Source of the DNA: Bdellovibrionota bacterium
GTDB taxonomy: Bacteria > Bdellovibrionota_C > UBA2361 > JAAYZI01
DNA length: 64,000 nucleotides
Direction of reading: 5' to 3'
NCBI GenBank assembly: GCA_050950765.1
Contig: JBMNIF010000003.1
Coordinates: 608,001 to 672,000, forward strand
Shown here one piece after another: positions 60,548 through 64,000 of the stretch (position 1 is the first letter of the stretch; each line of letters begins with the position of its first letter). The notes beneath the pieces were generated by a model. That model was not told the DNA's origin and made no database searches. It saw only the letters and a list, made by a program, of their open reading frames with translations. A program made the translations under genes and the position numbers.

Positions 60548-60703
60548 CCTTTAGGCAAACCGTGCGGAAAAAGAAAGCTGGGATTTTTTTCCTTCGTGTA
60601 AGCCGTATAAGGTAAAAAACTTTTGTCCCTCCATGCAAACTATGCGGAGAAAAAGAAAGCTAGAGCTGTTTTCCTTAATGCAAGCCGTATAAGGTAAAAA
60701 ACT
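60541..60703. repeat. Two degenerate ~80-bp repeats, each made of two ~40-bp hairpin-like subunits
   Basis: GCAAAC..TGCGGA..AAAAGAAAGCT and AAGCCGTATAAGGTAAAAAACT each occur twice, alternating. Confidence 0.7.
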
Positions 60704-61409
60704 AACGCAACTTTTTACGTAACCTTTCAAGGTCTTCAGGTGTACCGATATCTATAAAACACGCCTCTCCTTGATGCGCCGTTATAATACTTTGTGAATC
60801 TTTTAACGCCTCTTCATAAACTGGAAAGATTGAAAAATTGCCCTCAAAGTTTTGCATATATCGAAAAATTTTACTTGAGACACACTGCACACCCGTATAA
60901 GTTAACGGCTCTAACCCTGCTACAATAGGCGCACCTTCGCTCCACAGCCCTTTAAATTTATTATCACGATCTCTAAGAACACAACTCTTAGTCTGCTTAT
61001 CAATAACCGCTAAAGTAGCAATGGCGGAGCTCTCTTGATGATCTTTTATCAACTTTACGAGGTCGAACTCTTCATAGGTATCACCATTATGCACTATAAA
61101 ATCTCCGTCACCCTCAGATAAAAACTTCGCTGCGTTTTTTATCCCTCCGCCCGTTCCTAAGATCTCTTCTTCATAAAAAATCTGCACCTTTAATCCGTTA
61201 AAGACACCGTCGTTTTTAACGAAATCAGAAACCTGTTCAGCCAGATAGTGCGTATTAATGGCGAGATCGGTTACTCCCGCCTCTTTTAAGCGCTTAACAA
61301 CACGTCCTAAGATCGGCACACCCGCCACATCAATCAAACACTTCGGGGTATGCGCCGTTAACGCACCGAGACGAGTTCCAAAACCTGCCGCTAAGATCAT
61401 ACCTTTCAT
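60702..61409 (-). CDS. Sugar-phosphate nucleotidyltransferase (MurU-like)
   Basis: MILAAGFGTRL, PKCLI, INTHYL, LGTGGGI, NGD, DIGTPE. Confidence 0.85.
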   Translation of the reverse strand: MKGMILAAGFGTRLGALTAHTPKCLIDVAGVPILGRVVKRLKEAGVTDLAINTHYLAEQVSDFVKNDGVFNGLKVQIFYEEEILGTGGGIKNAAKFLSEGDGDFIVHNGDTYEEFDLVKLIKDHQESSAIATLAVIDKQTKSCVLRDRDNKFKGLWSEGAPIVAGLEPLTYTGVQCVSSKIFRYMQNFEGNFSIFPVYEEALKDSQSIITAHQGEACFIDIGTPEDLERLRKKLR

Positions 61410-61442
61410 AATAACACCTGAATATCTACAAAAACGTACTCA

Positions 61443-62108
61443 CTACTGATCTTTCTGCCAGATCCAAGAAATCGCTAAAGCATTGGCGTACTCGTTCCAT
61501 AACCAGCCGCTATGCGCTTTAATCCATTCCAACTTTACCTTAGGGTGTTGTTTCATCAACGTATAAGCCTCTTTAACCAGATCAAGGTTCTCTATTGCAC
61601 CTGTCTTCCTCTTCCAACCAAGTTTTTCCCACCCTTGCGCCCACTGCGTTAATGTATTCACACACAGATTACTATCTGAATATATCGTTTCTTCACTATC
61701 CTCCGGCAACAACTTAAAAGCCTCTATTAACGCCGTCAACTCCATCCTGTTATTCGTTGTTTCTAAATCGTTACCACTTTTTTCAGCAACGATCTCACCC
61801 CCCTGCACCCAAACTACCCCCCAGCCACCTCGCCCTGGATTCGGACGTGCACTTCCATCTGTAAAAATCCCACTACCAGGCCCAGCAGGAGCGATCTTTT
61901 GCAAAACCTCCTCAGGTTTCAGATCAATAGAAGATGTTATTGAAGTCGATGGATATTTTTTCTGAGTAGTAACGCCACCTGTTTTTACACCCTTTTTAGG
62001 TGAATGCTCTCTACAATATTTGGGTGTCCAATTAGGATACTTTGCTAAAACTTCATCAGGAATATTAAATGTTTTAGAACATACTGAACAAACAAAGTGT
62101 GCCATCAA
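61443..62108 (-). CDS. rnhA: Ribonuclease HI with N-terminal zinc-ribbon extension
   Basis: FTDGSARPNPGRGGWG, TTNNRMEL, YSDS, W..LGWK, N.DL, WIKAHSG..WNE; N-terminal CSVC...YCREH. Confidence 0.9.
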   Translation of the reverse strand: MMAHFVCSVCSKTFNIPDEVLAKYPNWTPKYCREHSPKKGVKTGGVTTQKKYPSTSITSSIDLKPEEVLQKIAPAGPGSGIFTDGSARPNPGRGGWGVVWVQGGEIVAEKSGNDLETTNNRMELTALIEAFKLLPEDSEETIYSDSNLCVNTLTQWAQGWEKLGWKRKTGAIENLDLVKEAYTLMKQHPKVKLEWIKAHSGWLWNEYANALAISWIWQKDQ

Positions 62109-62221
62109 AACCTCACCTAAAAAAATCGCACGCTTTTTTCCTTTACATTAGATCTTCAATATTATCTCAATAAGGGTAAAAAACTTGCTACTTCTTTTTT
62201 CCTTTACCTTTTTTCTCTCCA

Positions 62222-62989
62222 TCATTTCAACGAGAGGTCAAGACGTGAAACGATAAACGGATCATTAAACAAAGATTCTTTATTATACGTTAAAGGTTTA
62301 AACGTTACAGCAGAGACGACCTTTCCTCCTCCTTCATTAACGATACAGTGCCCCGCTGCTACATCCCACTCCATCGTCGGCGCAAAACGGGGATAAACAT
62401 CAACCTCACCCTCTGCAACTTTACATATTTTTAAGGCGGAACCGTAACTCCGTGTTTGCGTAATCTTGTTACGCTCACAAAACTGCACCGTTTCTTGAGA
62501 GGAGTGAAACCTACTTACAGCACAACGTAACGTAGTCTGCCCTAAAGCTGCCCTAATCGAAACCTCTCCCTCTGCCGATCTTTTATAAGCACCACCACCC
62601 TTTTCTGCAAAGTAAACAACCTTCTGCGGTGGGATAGCGATCACCCCTAGAACGGGCTCACCCGCTGCAATAAGCGCAATATTAACGGTAAAATCACCCG
62701 TCCGTTTAATAAAATCTTTTGTCCCATCGAGCGGATCAACTAACCAAAAATGTGACCAGTGACGACGCTCTTCATAATCAACGGGATCTTCTTCTGAAAG
62801 AACGGGGTAAGCACTGATTTTGCGTAAACGCTCCGTAATTAAGGAATGCGAAGCTAAGTCTGCTGCCGTTACGGGAGAGGAGTCCGCCTTTAATTTGACA
62901 TCAAAAGATCCACTCTCGTAATACTCCATAATCAGAGCGGCTGCTTCTGTCGCAATATGAACTACTTCTCTAACTTCAAGCGCACTCAT
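62222..62989 (-). CDS. cysQ: 3'(2'),5'-bisphosphate nucleotidase CysQ
   Basis: SPVTAAD, LSEE, WLVDPLDGTKDF, SRFH, GSALK, YPR..PTMEWDVAAG. Confidence 0.93.
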   Translation of the reverse strand: MSALEVREVVHIATEAAALIMEYYESGSFDVKLKADSSPVTAADLASHSLITERLRKISAYPVLSEEDPVDYEERRHWSHFWLVDPLDGTKDFIKRTGDFTVNIALIAAGEPVLGVIAIPPQKVVYFAEKGGGAYKRSAEGEVSIRAALGQTTLRCAVSRFHSSQETVQFCERNKITQTRSYGSALKICKVAEGEVDVYPRFAPTMEWDVAAGHCIVNEGGGKVVSAVTFKPLTYNKESLFNDPFIVSRLDLSLK

Positions 62990-64000
62990 AACGCCTCTTG
63001 TAGACGTTTTAAGGTATCCTCTTTCCCTAAGGCTACGATCGATTCAAAAAGGGGTGGAGTAACAGTTTTACCAGTTACTGCAATACGGATCACACCGAAA
63101 GCGGAGCCAAGATTCCACCCCTTCTCTTCAACAAGTTTTCTTAAACACGTTTCTACCGCCTCTACGGAAAAATCATCTAACTTACTTAACGCTTCAGCAA
63201 CATCGTGCAGAATTACCTTAGCCGTTGCCTCATCCATCCCTTTCTTGAACATAGCTTTTGTATCACGCTCAATAACATCCTTAAAAAGAAAGTCCACCCG
63301 CTCTACTACATCCGGCAACACTTTAGCACGCTCCTGAACGTGTGGCGCAATCATCTCCCACCGTTTCAGATCTACCTTTAAGCCACTTTTTTCAATATAC
63401 GGCAGAGCTCTCTTGGCGAACTCCTGCGGCGGCAAGGCACGGATATACATCCCGTTCATCCACAACAATTTTTCAACATCAAAAACACCACTAGCGGGAT
63501 TTAAACGTTCTAAGGAGAACGCTTCAATCAATTCATCCCGATTAAAGATCTCCCTCTCATCTCCTGGATTCCAACCTATTAGGGTAACGAAATTAAGCAC
63601 GGCCTCCGGCAAAAAACCTTTATCTCGAATAACATCGAGTGGCTCTGCACCGTGTCTCTTTGATAGCTTTTTACCATCAGGACCTAAAATTAAAGGAAGG
63701 TGACAAAAGTGCGGCGGATCCCAACCGCACGCTTTATAAAGTAAGAGGTGTAACGGCGTTGTTGAGATCCACTCCTGTCCACGCATAACGTGTGTAATCT
63801 CCATAGCGTGGTCATCCACAACAGAAGCCAAGTGATAGGTCGGCATGCCATCACTCTTTAACAACACAGGGTCTGCTAGTGGTGGTTCATCCCATGAAAT
63901 CTCACCTAATGCCAAGTCTTGCAACTTAATATGCAGGCTATCAGGAATTTTAAAGCGCACCACATGTTTACTCTCAGCAGAAACGTGCCGCTCTCTGCAA
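62986..64000 (-). CDS. gltX: Glutamate--tRNA ligase (5' part outside the window)
   Basis: KSDGMPTYHLASVVDDH, THVMRGQEW, KKLSKRHG, RIAVTG...PPLFE; frame open to the window edge. Confidence 0.95.
   Translation of the reverse strand, partial: CRERHVSAESKHVVRFKIPDSLHIKLQDLALGEISWDEPPLADPVLLKSDGMPTYHLASVVDDHAMEITHVMRGQEWISTTPLHLLLYKACGWDPPHFCHLPLILGPDGKKLSKRHGAEPLDVIRDKGFLPEAVLNFVTLIGWNPGDEREIFNRDELIEAFSLERLNPASGVFDVEKLLWMNGMYIRALPPQEFAKRALPYIEKSGLKVDLKRWEMIAPHVQERAKVLPDVVERVDFLFKDVIERDTKAMFKKGMDEATAKVILHDVAEALSKLDDFSVEAVETCLRKLVEEKGWNLGSAFGVIRIAVTGKTVTPPLFESIVALGKEDTLKRLQEAL

Overview
Bacterial chromosomal segment, moderately AT-rich, standard genetic code, mostly housekeeping and cell-envelope genes. 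The gene repertoire is typical of Bdellovibrionota/Myxococcota-like lineages (inference only). From left to right: (1) a minus-strand operon coupling a PP2C phosphatase, a degenerate FHA protein and a Hanks Ser/Thr kinase to Tad-pilus genes (cpaE, two tandem cpaB, cpaF running off the left edge); (2) a five-gene operon with three alkaline-phosphatase-superfamily enzymes, a small RHH protein with an 'LxxLGY' tail and a membrane protein shaped like DUF106/EMC3/TMCO1 (Oxa1 superfamily); (3) orphan nuoG-like gene, ubiE/menG, four type IV minor pilins, an adenosine deaminase and an ORF broken by one TGA; (4) glycan modification genes (algI/algJ-like, DUF2142, two GT2, DUF401, DUF368, cysD-cysNC); (5) a flagellin gene cleanly split by an IS1634-family element with 26-bp inverted repeats and a 7-bp target duplication; (6) mltA, tatC/tatB, three tRNAs, valS, nadA, a Cys-to-Asp murA, a PP2C-cNMP fusion, an alternating ~60-bp tandem repeat array, a PHP histidinol phosphatase, an RRM-ribosomal protein S18 fusion, a zinc-ribbon RNase HI, cysQ and gltX (running off the right edge). 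The strongest novelty candidates are the RRM-bS18 fusion, the AlkP/RHH-LGY/Oxa1-like operon and the Ser/Thr-kinase-linked Tad system. All product calls come from motifs recognised by eye; no database search was run.
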